DNA from: an uncultured Opitutales bacterium
GTDB taxonomy: Bacteria > Verrucomicrobiota > Verrucomicrobiia > Opitutales > JAIRKQ01
Assembly: GCA_964577805.1 (NCBI GenBank)
Contig: CAZOAG010000003.1
Location: forward strand, 41,231-105,230
Length of the DNA: 64,000 nucleotides
Direction of reading: 5' to 3'
Of this stretch, positions 10,530 through 20,826 are shown in pieces. The notes under the pieces were generated by a model. That model made no database searches, had not been told where the DNA came from, and saw nothing but the letters and a program-made list of their open reading frames with translations. Both the position numbers and the translations under genes were made by a program. The first letter of the stretch is position 1, and each line of letters begins with the position of its first letter.

Positions 10530-11321
10530 TCATTGAGCACGCTCGGAAAATTTAACAATTTTCTTGGCCATTCCTGTTGAAGGATCCATTGATAAAATGA
10601 CTCCATGCAATCGAACATCGCCTGTTGCCACTTCAAACTTTCTTGGAATACTATTTTTCATGCTATACAACACTGGTGTAATTTCACGACCAAGGACAGA
10701 TTCATGCGCACCACACATCCCAAGATCTGTAATATACGCTGTGCTTTTGGGCAATATACAATCATCTGCTGTTTGAACATGAGTATGCGATCCAACAATA
10801 GCAGATACAATACCATCGTAATTCCATCCGAATGCAATCTTTTCTGATGTTGCTTCAGCATGCATTTCCAACAACATTATATCAACATCATTGCGATATT
10901 GTTGAATCAAACGATCGGTAGCATAAAATGGCGAATCTGCATTGATTTTCATAAAATGCCGACCCAAAACAACAGCAACACCAATTTTTATACCATTTTT
11001 CTTAACAGCTATAAAATCACGACCTGGAGATGATATTGGCAAATTCGCTGGACGACAAATATAATCTATCTTATCAATATCGTTTTCAAAACCATACCTA
11101 TCCCATGCATGATCCCCAAGTGTCATCAAATCTATCCCTGCACGACGTAACAATTCAGCGTGCGAAAGAGTTATCCCTGCACCTGAAGTAGCGTTCTCAA
11201 CATTTGCAACAACAACGTCAACATTATATATTTTCTTTATACTTGCCAAAGATTTTACAATAAAATCACGTGCTGGCCGGCCAACAACATCGCCCAAATA
11301 GAGAATATTAACAGCTGTCAT
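10530..11321 (-). CDS. ymdB: YmdB-like metallophosphoesterase (TIGR00282 family)
   Basis: Close to B. subtilis YmdB as I recall it (ILYLGDVVGRP, HAEATSEKIAFGW, GSHTHVQTADDCILPKSTAYITDLGMCG). Start set at the ATG at 11321 (MTAVNILYLGD). The 39-codon N-terminal extension in the ORF track looks spurious. Confidence 0.8.
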   Translation of the reverse strand: MTAVNILYLGDVVGRPARDFIVKSLASIKKIYNVDVVVANVENATSGAGITLSHAELLRRAGIDLMTLGDHAWDRYGFENDIDKIDYICRPANLPISSPGRDFIAVKKNGIKIGVAVVLGRHFMKINADSPFYATDRLIQQYRNDVDIMLLEMHAEATSEKIAFGWNYDGIVSAIVGSHTHVQTADDCILPKSTAYITDLGMCGAHESVLGREITPVLYSMKNSIPRKFEVATGDVRLHGVILSMDPSTGMAKKIVKFSERAQ

Positions 11322-11411
11322 CACACTAATCCAACAAGCAGGATTCGTAAAAAAAGTCAAGATACTAAAAATAGTGTAGCATTTTATAAAACAATCACAA
11401 TATTGCAAATC

Positions 11412-12425
11412 ATGTTCTCGAGGAAACATATTATCCATGTTTTTATATTATCATTTCTGTTAATGTTTTTTTCTGACTGTATAGTTGCTGCCAGTGATTC
11501 AACCACTGAAACATCACCTGAAATAACATTTTCAAATCCTGTATTTGCGGATGATATCGTTGCTATCGTTGATAATAATATCGTTACAATGAGCCAATTG
11601 GTCAGAGAAATGCATCCATTTATCTCACGGATGCAGTCCGAGTCACGATCACAGCAAGAGTTCGACAAAAAACTTATAGAATTGCGTGATCATATTTTAA
11701 ACGCACACATTGAACGAATATTAATTGTTGCAGATTTCAAATCAAAAGGTGGCCAGATACCAGAATCATACGAAAAAAAGGAGTATGAGAACCATATAAG
11801 AGAATATTTTAATGATGATCGTGTAGCATTTGCAAAATATTTACGTGATCATGGGCAATCTGTACGTGATTTTAAAAAAGACATCAAGGAACATGCTATT
11901 GTTCGGTTCGTACTAAACAACATACAAGAAGCAAAATCCGAAGTCAGTCCAAATGCAATAAAAGAATATTACAATTCACATATACAAGATTTTACTACCA
12001 AAGAAGAACTTCATGTATATTCTATAATATTTTCTAAAAACAGCGATGTGGACGTTCTATCTTCCAAAATTAAAGAAACAACTGACATATTGTCTTCCTG
12101 CAAAGATATAACCACAGCATTATCATCATTCAATGACGATCCTAAAACAGTTGACATGGGATGGTTAGCACGCGATGAAGTAATTCCTGCATACTCCGAT
12201 GCATTGGCAAATTTATCTGTCGGGCAGTATTCTTCCCCAATTAGTACAGACGACAAAACTATTATCCTTGTTGTAATTGATATAAAGCCATCCAAAACAA
12301 TTTCTATTGATGAAGCAAAGGGAACAATAGAACAACAGTTATGGCAACAATTCCATCAATCTGCCATTGACAATTACATACAACGATTAAAAGATCGCGC
12401 AGACATAAAAATATTTTTAGAGTAA
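11412..12425 (+). CDS. secreted SurA/PrsA-like peptidyl-prolyl isomerase (parvulin domain)
   Basis: N-terminal signal-like segment (HIIHVFILSFLLMFFSDCIVAAS), a chaperone-like middle, and a C-terminal parvulin pattern (HVYSIIF..., GWLARDEVIPAYSDALANLSVGQYSSPI). Confidence 0.7.
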   Translation: MFSRKHIIHVFILSFLLMFFSDCIVAASDSTTETSPEITFSNPVFADDIVAIVDNNIVTMSQLVREMHPFISRMQSESRSQQEFDKKLIELRDHILNAHIERILIVADFKSKGGQIPESYEKKEYENHIREYFNDDRVAFAKYLRDHGQSVRDFKKDIKEHAIVRFVLNNIQEAKSEVSPNAIKEYYNSHIQDFTTKEELHVYSIIFSKNSDVDVLSSKIKETTDILSSCKDITTALSSFNDDPKTVDMGWLARDEVIPAYSDALANLSVGQYSSPISTDDKTIILVVIDIKPSKTISIDEAKGTIEQQLWQQFHQSAIDNYIQRLKDRADIKIFLE

Positions 12426-12562
12426 CAAATCACTACATAATAATAACGTCTCATACTTTATTGGTATTTGCAATAAGACGCAACAACCATTGTTTTTTAT
12501 CAAATTTTTCTTGAAAAGAACAGCAGAACAACATACACTTCATCAGTGTATGAAGGCTGTAG

Positions 12563-13963
12563 ATGTTGGTAACAATGGCACAAATTTTCTCCAAAAAACA
12601 AAAGCAAAGGCAGAAGAATGGTCAAAAAGGATTATCCCTGAAAAAAAACAGCGAAAAAACTAGGGCCGTATTTCGTAAAGCAATTATTGTAGCGTTGATT
12701 CCTACTTCTGCAATAAAGACCCTCGTCAATCGAATCGCTATAGCACAACAACCGGGGGGAAATGCAATTCTAACTACAAAAATAATTACTAGCAATAATA
12801 GCATTGAAAAGATGAAGAAAGAACTGACATCACCAGGATCACTTACACATTCTAATAATATTGTAAATGTAGAAATAGTGCAACAAACAGTCGCCATACA
12901 TGAATTGCCAGACGAATATTTCGACAACATATCAAGTTTTGATCAATTTAAATATTTGCCTAATATACCAGCAATCAAACAAGCCATAACGGAACTTGAT
13001 GACTTTAAAAAAAAAATCATTTCGGAGATCGATAAAAAAATCACAGATCTCAACTGTGATCAAGTTGCAAACAATGACCAAATTGATGATTTGAATCGTT
13101 TAATTTATAATACACAAGATAAGATCAATCAGCTAAAAACCAATTTAACCAACACACTAAGCCGACTAAACAATTGCACAAACAAAGACGACGTAAAAAA
13201 TATAAATGAGCAACTAACAACTTATTCAAATGAACTAGGGAAACTAATTAATGATCTGCGTAAAAATCACAAAATTACAATATCAAAAATCATGCCAGAT
13301 TTTCGTACTAGCGAAATACAAGCGATAAAAGATGCAAAAAGAGCGACAATTACTATATCATATACAAACTCAAATGGCCAAATATTTAATTTTTATATAG
13401 GCACTGAATCGGAACCATTCGAAGAATGTTTTTTTAAAACGATAGAAGAAATCGCTAAACAATATAACATCAAGAAATCAACACTCTTAAAACCATTTCT
13501 GTTATATCCTGGACAAGCTGCAACTGGAAGCTTGTCTAGGATAATGCCTGAATCCGGGAAAACCATAGAACAAATTACTGACAATGGAATAACGCAACAT
13601 TTTTCATTTTCTGAACAAGGAATGAACATCTCTACTTGTTATTATTATAAACCAGGCAGTAGAGACCTTGAGTCAGGAATCATGTCTTACGAAGGATATA
13701 CACTTGAAGAAAAAATTGAAATGAACATAAAACCTGGCCAAAAAGTGTTGATGCCAACAGAATACAGCATAAGCAAATTAACAGAAAATGAATCAAATCC
13801 TGAAAAATTGATAACATTCGACGGAAATGATTTTCCAAAATTAACAAACACAAACGCATTTCCTGAAAACTTCCCAGAATATCTAAAAGAACCATTCAAA
13901 CAACTTTGTGAAAAAATTAACAACTGCCAACAAACCCAATCTGATCAAGAGACTTCTGAATAG
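12563..13963 (+). CDS. hypothetical protein (basic N terminus, central coiled coil)
   Basis: 466-aa uninterrupted ORF in AT-rich DNA. No motif I recognise. Contains an A10 run at 13007-13016. Confidence 0.5.
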   Translation: MLVTMAQIFSKKQKQRQKNGQKGLSLKKNSEKTRAVFRKAIIVALIPTSAIKTLVNRIAIAQQPGGNAILTTKIITSNNSIEKMKKELTSPGSLTHSNNIVNVEIVQQTVAIHELPDEYFDNISSFDQFKYLPNIPAIKQAITELDDFKKKIISEIDKKITDLNCDQVANNDQIDDLNRLIYNTQDKINQLKTNLTNTLSRLNNCTNKDDVKNINEQLTTYSNELGKLINDLRKNHKITISKIMPDFRTSEIQAIKDAKRATITISYTNSNGQIFNFYIGTESEPFEECFFKTIEEIAKQYNIKKSTLLKPFLLYPGQAATGSLSRIMPESGKTIEQITDNGITQHFSFSEQGMNISTCYYYKPGSRDLESGIMSYEGYTLEEKIEMNIKPGQKVLMPTEYSISKLTENESNPEKLITFDGNDFPKLTNTNAFPENFPEYLKEPFKQLCEKINNCQQTQSDQETSE

Positions 13964-14275
13964 AATAAAACAGAACAGAAACAATTGTTGAACAAACATG
14001 AAAACCTGGCCAAAAAGAACATGTAAAACAAGCCAAAAGAAATAAAAACAGGCAGATGGACGCCATTTGCAGAGGAAGTGACAATGATTTAACAACTTAT
14101 AAAAGTCATCATAGCAATGATTGATCTCAACAATTCATAAATTGCAACACAAAACGATGTTGATCAGTTTACTGATCTTTATCGTAAGTTTTTTATAAAA
14201 AACACATTCAGGAATTTTTCTTGATTATGGCATGCTTGGTTTTAGTCTGCGAAATGAGGTAAAAACAACGGATTT

Positions 14276-14599
14276 ATGAAAAACATATTTTTTCTAGCAG
14301 ATCAACAGCAAGCAGTAACATCTGGCGGTGGATGGCAAGTATTGATGATTTATATACTACTGTTCGTAGGAATGTGGTTTCTTTTAATAGCACCACAAAA
14401 AAAACGACAAAAAAATCATCAAAAAATGATAGATGAATTGAAAACTGGCGATAAAGTAGTCACGACATCCGGCATCATCGGAACAATCGCAAATGTCAAA
14501 GGCACACGGTTCATCCTAAAAATCGCAGATGATACAAAAATTGAAATATTTAGATCATATATTCAATCGAAGTTGGACAATTCTGAAAATTCAAAATAA
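14276..14599 (+). CDS. yajC: preprotein translocase subunit YajC
   Basis: 107 aa with a single TM, then PQKKRQK...ELKTGDKVVTTSGIIGTI. Directly upstream of secDF. Confidence 0.85.
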   Translation: MKNIFFLADQQQAVTSGGGWQVLMIYILLFVGMWFLLIAPQKKRQKNHQKMIDELKTGDKVVTTSGIIGTIANVKGTRFILKIADDTKIEIFRSYIQSKLDNSENSK

Positions 14600-14629
14600 A
14601 ATATTGAAAATAATAAACAGATAAATCTT

Positions 14630-17116
14630 ATGCGACATCGAGCATCAACATATCGTCTGCTAATTTCAGCATGCATCATAATTGCATTCATTTGTAATAT
14701 TTTCCCTGTCCATGATAAACCATTCGAAAAATATATCACATCACAGGTGACTCATAATAAAAGTGAATTTAATGATCTTCTGAAAAAAGCACATGATCGT
14801 GTAGATAATGGACAATCTCGTACATTGTTCTTAGCGATACGCGATGTTGCAAATGATGATCGAATCGATGTTTCAAAGTTTTTTCATAAAAAAAATGTAG
14901 CAGATATTAAAAATCTTACCAAAAAGAATGCTATATTATTGGACTCCTTATTAGCAGATTCCAAAAGTAAAATAAAACAAGGACTCGATATCAAAGGTGG
15001 AATATCATGCGTTCTTCAAGTAAACGATAAAAAATTCAATGATCTTAGTACACTTGAACGTGCTGAACAATTGAATAAAGCGATGGACATCATCCGTCAA
15101 CGTATTGATGGGCTGGGAGTTTCTGAACCGCTCGTACGATCATTTGGAAATAATTGCATAGAAATTCAACTGCCAGGTGTATCAACAAAAGACAATCCTG
15201 AGCTGGTCGATATTATCAAAAAACCAGCAAAGTTATCATTTCATTTATTGCACCCTACTCTCATCCCAACATCACGCAATGATCGTGCTCCGTTGGGATA
15301 TGAAATCATGGCGTTCGAACAGAATAATAGTGATAACACGACCATTGAACAGTTAGCATTTGTAAAACGTATACCGGAAATGACCGGTAGCATGGTAAAA
15401 CAAGCTGGTGTACGAATCGGACAATATGGAGAATATGAAATCGCATTATCGATGACAGAAGAAGGAACAAAGAAATTTGAACATGTCACATCATCGCATA
15501 TCAACCAACAATTGGGCATCGTACTCGATGGGAAATTATATTCCGCACCGTACATTCGATCAGCGATAACAGATGGCCATGCTAGTATTTCTGGAAAATT
15601 TTCTCAACGAGATGCCATCGACCTAGCAAACGTTTTAAACAACCCACTCGATGTAGAATTAAAATTTATTGAATTAAACGAAATTGGGCCATCGTTGGCA
15701 GAAGATGCAAAATCAGCATCGATGAAAGCAGCATATATCGGAGCATCTGTCGTGATGCTATTCATGATAGGATACTATCGTGTCGCTGGCATTGTAGCAA
15801 TTTTATCAGTACTAGCAAATATTGCAATTGTAATGGGAACGATGGTAACAATCGGTGCTACACTTACATTGCCTGGTATCGCAGCATTGGTTTTGACCAT
15901 TGGAATGGCAGTAGATGCTAATATTCTTATATTCGAACGTATGCGAGAAGAACAACTCGCAGGAAAGCCATTGTTAAACACACTGTTATCAGGACATAAT
16001 AAAGCATTATGGACAATTTTAGATGCAAATATTACTACCCTACTAACTGCAATAATTCTTATATGTTTCGGAACTGGAGCAATTAAAGGATTTGGAATAA
16101 TTTTATCTATTGGGCTGTTCGCTACTGTATTCTGTGCATTAGTATTATGCCGTGGAATGTTAGAACAATTAGCAGAATCAGGTCATGTTAAACGATTAAT
16201 TCCTAACATTAATATAAAACTTCCTATAATAGATTTTTTAAAACATACTAAAGCTGTATTTGTCGTCTATGGATGTTTCTTATTAATCGGATTGGCAGCA
16301 ATCGTATTACGTAATGATAAAATCTACGGCATAGATTTTACAGGTGGTGATGAAATCACACTACAATTTGAACAAAAAATTCCTACACAAGAAATCGTAT
16401 CATTTGCACATGATATTGAAATTGATGAAGTCATTCCGGTATACCAACGATCATTAAAGGATAATACTGAAGTGCTTAGAATACAAACATCGGAAGGACA
16501 AAGCACGAAATTGTTCGATAACATGCAATCAAAATTTGGTTATGCTGGACTGTCTGTTGTAAAACAAACCGCCATTGGATCATCCATCGGACATGGAACA
16601 ACTTTAAATGCGTTAGCCTCAATTTTATTATCCATGATCGGTATAATGATATATGTAGCATTCCGATTTGAAATCGGATATGGTATCGGTGCTGTTGTTT
16701 CTACATTGCTTGATGTTATCGCAACTATCATCATTTATTTAGCATTAGGAAAACAAATTTCTTCTGCTATGGTTGCTGCTGTATTGATGGTAGTAGGTTA
16801 TTCTATCAACGACACCATTATTGTATTTGACCGTATTAGAGAAGAACTTCGTTCGCATTCTTCAAAATCTTTACGAGAAATAATAAACTTATCAATAACA
16901 CGTACATTGTCTCGTACAATTTTAACAAGCTCATCAACATTATTAGCTGCATTGTCTCTATATTTGTTTGGGTCTGGTGTAATTGTAGATTTTGCATTGG
17001 TATTTTTAATCGGAATAATTGTTGGAACATTTTCATCAATATTCATTGCAAGCCCAATCTTCTTCTTATGGCATAAAGGAGATAAAAGGACTATCGTTGG
17101 GATATCACAATCATGA
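14630..17116 (+). CDS. secDF: fused protein-export membrane protein SecDF
   Basis: 828 aa. SecD motifs (GLDIKGG, LGIVLDGKLYSAP, IGPSLAEDA) followed by a SecF part (GIDFTGGDE). Twelve predicted hydrophobic segments. Confidence 0.9.
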   Translation: MRHRASTYRLLISACIIIAFICNIFPVHDKPFEKYITSQVTHNKSEFNDLLKKAHDRVDNGQSRTLFLAIRDVANDDRIDVSKFFHKKNVADIKNLTKKNAILLDSLLADSKSKIKQGLDIKGGISCVLQVNDKKFNDLSTLERAEQLNKAMDIIRQRIDGLGVSEPLVRSFGNNCIEIQLPGVSTKDNPELVDIIKKPAKLSFHLLHPTLIPTSRNDRAPLGYEIMAFEQNNSDNTTIEQLAFVKRIPEMTGSMVKQAGVRIGQYGEYEIALSMTEEGTKKFEHVTSSHINQQLGIVLDGKLYSAPYIRSAITDGHASISGKFSQRDAIDLANVLNNPLDVELKFIELNEIGPSLAEDAKSASMKAAYIGASVVMLFMIGYYRVAGIVAILSVLANIAIVMGTMVTIGATLTLPGIAALVLTIGMAVDANILIFERMREEQLAGKPLLNTLLSGHNKALWTILDANITTLLTAIILICFGTGAIKGFGIILSIGLFATVFCALVLCRGMLEQLAESGHVKRLIPNINIKLPIIDFLKHTKAVFVVYGCFLLIGLAAIVLRNDKIYGIDFTGGDEITLQFEQKIPTQEIVSFAHDIEIDEVIPVYQRSLKDNTEVLRIQTSEGQSTKLFDNMQSKFGYAGLSVVKQTAIGSSIGHGTTLNALASILLSMIGIMIYVAFRFEIGYGIGAVVSTLLDVIATIIIYLALGKQISSAMVAAVLMVVGYSINDTIIVFDRIREELRSHSSKSLREIINLSITRTLSRTILTSSSTLLAALSLYLFGSGVIVDFALVFLIGIIVGTFSSIFIASPIFFLWHKGDKRTIVGISQS

Positions 17117-18939
17117 TACTTCCACAAAAAAATACTTGGAAACAAATTCCTTACGATGAAGGAGCAGCACAGTCGTTATACAATCATTTCAATATAAGTT
17201 ATCATATTTGTGTCGCCATTGCACAGCGCGGAATATGTTCCAAACAAGAAGCAGAGCAGTTTCTATGGCCAAAACTGTCCCATTTGGACGATCCATTCAA
17301 AATACCAAATGTACATGATGCAGCAAATTTTTTGCGAAACATAATTGTAAACAATTCAAAAGTAGCAATTGTCTGCGATTATGATGTTGATGGCATTACT
17401 AGTGTAACACTACTCATCAATGTACTAAAACATTTTGGAATATCACCAGATTTTTTTGTACCAAGAAGGACATGTGAAGGGTATGGATTATCACAAGAAA
17501 TAATTCAACGAATATTAAAGAAAAAAAAATATGATGTTGTTATCACATTAGATTGTGGAACAAATTCCGTCGATGAAGTAGAATTTTTATATAAAAATAA
17601 TATTTCTGTTCTAATTATTGATCATCATCGATCAATGAGTCATCCACCATCGCATTGTTGCATAGTAAATCCACATATCATCGAAAATGACTCAACTGAA
17701 CGATATCGTTCTATGTGTACAGTCGGACTGGTATTTAAAGTATGCTGTGCTCTATTACGTGTATTACGCAATGATAATGATAAACGTGCATGCAATTACT
17801 CAATTAAAAATGATTTAGACCTAGTAACTCTTGGAACAATCGCTGATATGGCAAATTTAGTACATGATAATCGTATCATGTGTAAATTCGGGTTAAAATT
17901 ATTGAGCGGAAAGATGCGACGACCAGGAATAGAAGCATTATGTCAAACCGCTGATCTTCCAAATGGAATAAATATACAACAACAAGATATTTCATTTAAA
18001 CTCTGTCCACGATTAAACGCATGCGGTCGTTTAAGTGATGCCGTATTGCCTATCACAATGTTGCTCAGCGAAAACTTTGATGATGCTATAACACGGGCAT
18101 ATGAATTAGATGAAACAAATAAAGAACGCCAGGTGATTGAACGTGAAATCACTGAACAAGCAGAAAAGATGGTACGGTCAATATATAGCAACGACCCTGG
18201 CATCGTCCTTTATAATAAAAATTGGCATACAGGAGTTGTTGGAATCATTAGTGGCAAATTTACACGAGATTTTAACAAGCCTTGTGTTGTATTAGGCCAT
18301 GAACGTGGTATTGCAAAAGGCTCTGGTCGCAGTGCAAATGGAACAAATTTAATCGATGTTTTAAATGAATGTACAGAATTTTTGGACAATTGGGGTGGAC
18401 ATCCATATGCCGTCGGAATATCGTTATCTGTAAAAAATATTGATGATTTTCGGCGAGCATTTAATGATGCCATTCTTCGACACCAAGAATCAGTCATAAA
18501 CAAACAAGAAATTCTATATTCATCAGAAATAACATTAGAAGAGATCAATAAAGGATTTTTTGAAGAATTTGAATTATTACAACCATTCGGACAACAAAAT
18601 CCAGAACCACGGTTTTTGCTAAAAAATGTCGTAATAAATTCTTTGCCAGAAACATTTGGTGTTAAAAAAAATCATGTTAAATTTTTCTTAACTGATAAAT
18701 ATTCCAAAAAAATCATAGTATTAGGGTGGAATTTTGCGAAAAACATACCACCTATACGTACACCAATCGATATCATCGTATCGATTAAACGAGAATCATG
18801 TGGACGTAACCTTTCTATAGGCCTATCTATGATAGATTGGAGAATTTCATCGAAAGAAACAACCATAGCTCCAATTAATTATATAGCAAAAAGTTGCTTC
18901 ATTACAAAACGAAGAATAAAGAATTCATCTTGCGAATAA
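17113..18939 (+). CDS. recJ: single-stranded-DNA-specific exonuclease RecJ
   Basis: DHH-family motifs DYDVDGITS, DCGT and LIIDHH, plus a DHHA1 region. ATGA overlap with the secDF stop. Confidence 0.9.
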   Translation: MILPQKNTWKQIPYDEGAAQSLYNHFNISYHICVAIAQRGICSKQEAEQFLWPKLSHLDDPFKIPNVHDAANFLRNIIVNNSKVAIVCDYDVDGITSVTLLINVLKHFGISPDFFVPRRTCEGYGLSQEIIQRILKKKKYDVVITLDCGTNSVDEVEFLYKNNISVLIIDHHRSMSHPPSHCCIVNPHIIENDSTERYRSMCTVGLVFKVCCALLRVLRNDNDKRACNYSIKNDLDLVTLGTIADMANLVHDNRIMCKFGLKLLSGKMRRPGIEALCQTADLPNGINIQQQDISFKLCPRLNACGRLSDAVLPITMLLSENFDDAITRAYELDETNKERQVIEREITEQAEKMVRSIYSNDPGIVLYNKNWHTGVVGIISGKFTRDFNKPCVVLGHERGIAKGSGRSANGTNLIDVLNECTEFLDNWGGHPYAVGISLSVKNIDDFRRAFNDAILRHQESVINKQEILYSSEITLEEINKGFFEEFELLQPFGQQNPEPRFLLKNVVINSLPETFGVKKNHVKFFLTDKYSKKIIVLGWNFAKNIPPIRTPIDIIVSIKRESCGRNLSIGLSMIDWRISSKETTIAPINYIAKSCFITKRRIKNSSCE

Positions 18940-19140
18940 AACACTTTGACAACAATTAGGACTACTTGTTAAAATCTTATAATCAAGATGTATGCTTGCC
19001 GATCATAACGTGAATCTATCATCTTAAAAACACATACGCACAGCGACCAAATGACCTCATAAGTTCTAAATTGGCATATCCAACAAAAAAACGGCAACAA
19101 TTACCTTGCAAAGATCTGCTTGCGCGCTAATCAAAGAATC

Positions 19141-20262
19141 ATGCGCCACTATTCTTCCGATGATGCTATCATGATTCTTAATGCACTACCAAAATTTGGT
19201 CCGATAAAAATACAAAAATTAATAGAATATTTTCATAACGACATTAGCAAAATTTTTGACAGCAAGTTTACACCATCATTAAGAACAATATTGTCCAAAG
19301 AAGATATTGAAACGCTGCTACAACATAAAAAATTTTTCGACAGTAATTCAGAAAATAAAAAACTAAGCACATTGCGCGGCAATTTCATTAGTATACTAAA
19401 TGACAAATATCCAGAACTATTAAAGCAAATACCAGATGCCCCTGTTGGATTATATTCTATCGGAACTTTAAAAGAACGTACAAAAAACATTGCAATAGTA
19501 GGCTCCAGATCGAACACAATATACGGACTAAAAGTTGCACGCAAATTAGCAATGGAATTATCTATTCGTGGATTTTCTATAGTTAGTGGTATGGCACGTG
19601 GGATTGATGCTGCTGCCCATGAAGGCACCATCGCGGCAAACGGTCATACAATAGCAGTATTAGGAAACGGACTCGATATAATATATCCGCAAGAACATAG
19701 TGATTTATATAGAAAAATCACAGAACATGGTGCAATAATTTCAGAATTTCCACTCGGCCGACGACCAGACAAACAAACATTCCCTATCAGAAACCGCATA
19801 ATCGCTGGATTATGTCATGCTGTAATCGTTGTTGAAAGTGATAATCATGGCGGCAGTATGATCACCGCAAGAATGGCAGGAGAATATGGCAGGCATGTTT
19901 TTGCTGTACCTGGAAGAATAGATGACATATCGAGCAGCGGATGTTTATCTTTGATAAAAGACGGCGCCACTATGTTAACATCGATCGACGACATTTTTGA
20001 AGAACTGCCATATCTCGATTCAACACCACAACAAACCATGTTAAACTTCGACGACACACAAGCGCATTCATCTCATGATATTGCATGCCCAGTAGAAAAA
20101 TGTGTATATGAAACGATACGCAATAATGGCACAATTTCAACAGACAACATCATAGAAATATCAGGAGTCCCTACGACAAAAGTACTACAAGCACTACAAA
20201 TGCTTGAGATAAGAAAACTGATCTCTAAACGCTATGATGGATTATTCGAAATAACAAAATAA
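19141..20262 (+). CDS. dprA: DNA processing protein DprA (Smf)
   Basis: Rossmann-like core VGSRSNTIYG...IVSGMARGIDAAAHEG, and a C-terminal winged-helix-like tail. I prefer the ATG at 19141 to the TTG at 19120. Confidence 0.85.
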   Translation: MRHYSSDDAIMILNALPKFGPIKIQKLIEYFHNDISKIFDSKFTPSLRTILSKEDIETLLQHKKFFDSNSENKKLSTLRGNFISILNDKYPELLKQIPDAPVGLYSIGTLKERTKNIAIVGSRSNTIYGLKVARKLAMELSIRGFSIVSGMARGIDAAAHEGTIAANGHTIAVLGNGLDIIYPQEHSDLYRKITEHGAIISEFPLGRRPDKQTFPIRNRIIAGLCHAVIVVESDNHGGSMITARMAGEYGRHVFAVPGRIDDISSSGCLSLIKDGATMLTSIDDIFEELPYLDSTPQQTMLNFDDTQAHSSHDIACPVEKCVYETIRNNGTISTDNIIEISGVPTTKVLQALQMLEIRKLISKRYDGLFEITK

Positions 20263-20270
20263 AGAACGCA

Positions 20271-20780
20271 CTATTGCCACATATAACTTTGTTTCGATGC
20301 AAGAACTGTTCCTTCCATATCTAAAACTTCTACTTTCCACGCAACTATGTCTTTTTCATTAAGATGTAATGATGTTATACCACAAAAAATCTCGGAAACA
20401 TATGATGGTCGACCTTCAATTGGAGATAATGTATAAACTTGCGTATCATCCTTCAACGACCCTATCATGCTTATTCTAATAGAACATCCTTCAGGCAATG
20501 AGCTTACACGTTTATTTATTCCAACAATAAAATAAACACCATTGCGTTTACTATCATCATCCCGAACTACACAACGCATGCGTTCATGTTTTTTCCTGTC
20601 AGAAAAAAGCTCCGACAATGTTTTAAAATTACCATCTGACATCCGTTTGATTGTTACGTACTTTATTTTTAGTCGATGACTGCCATTATTTCGCACATCA
20701 TGTTGGTCATGTCGTGCTTGTAACGGAACAATGACACAAAACATGCAAAAGATAAAAAACAATTTCCGCATAATTGACAT
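20271..20780 (-). CDS. hypothetical secreted protein
   Basis: 169 aa with a clear signal peptide (MSIMRKLFFIFCMFCVIVPLQA). No recognisable domain. Confidence 0.5.
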   Translation of the reverse strand: MSIMRKLFFIFCMFCVIVPLQARHDQHDVRNNGSHRLKIKYVTIKRMSDGNFKTLSELFSDRKKHERMRCVVRDDDSKRNGVYFIVGINKRVSSLPEGCSIRISMIGSLKDDTQVYTLSPIEGRPSYVSEIFCGITSLHLNEKDIVAWKVEVLDMEGTVLASKQSYMWQ

Positions 20781-20826
20781 TTTTATAACATGTTTTTGAG
20801 TCAGCTACAAGTTTCAATATTATTCC

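Noticed and set aside
10530-11438. N-terminal extensions in the ORF track. Examples are ymdB to 11438, rplY to 35766, rpsB from 48172, glgA from 22795, tal to 53537, DJ-1 from 26242 and GrpB from 28185.
   Set aside because: The extensions begin at upstream TTG, GTG or ATG codons. They add non-conserved and often hydrophobic junk ahead of the position where homologues start. Internal ATGs matching the conserved N termini were used instead.
18946-18983. Promoter-like hexamers upstream of dprA (TTGACA at 18946-18951, TAAAAT 18 nt downstream, and a perfect TATAAT at 18978-18983). A similar TTGACA lies at 26867 upstream of clpX.
   Set aside because: The -35 and -10 pairings are ambiguous, either in spacing or with weak -10 elements. 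AT-rich DNA generates such hexamers frequently, so I did not report them as features.
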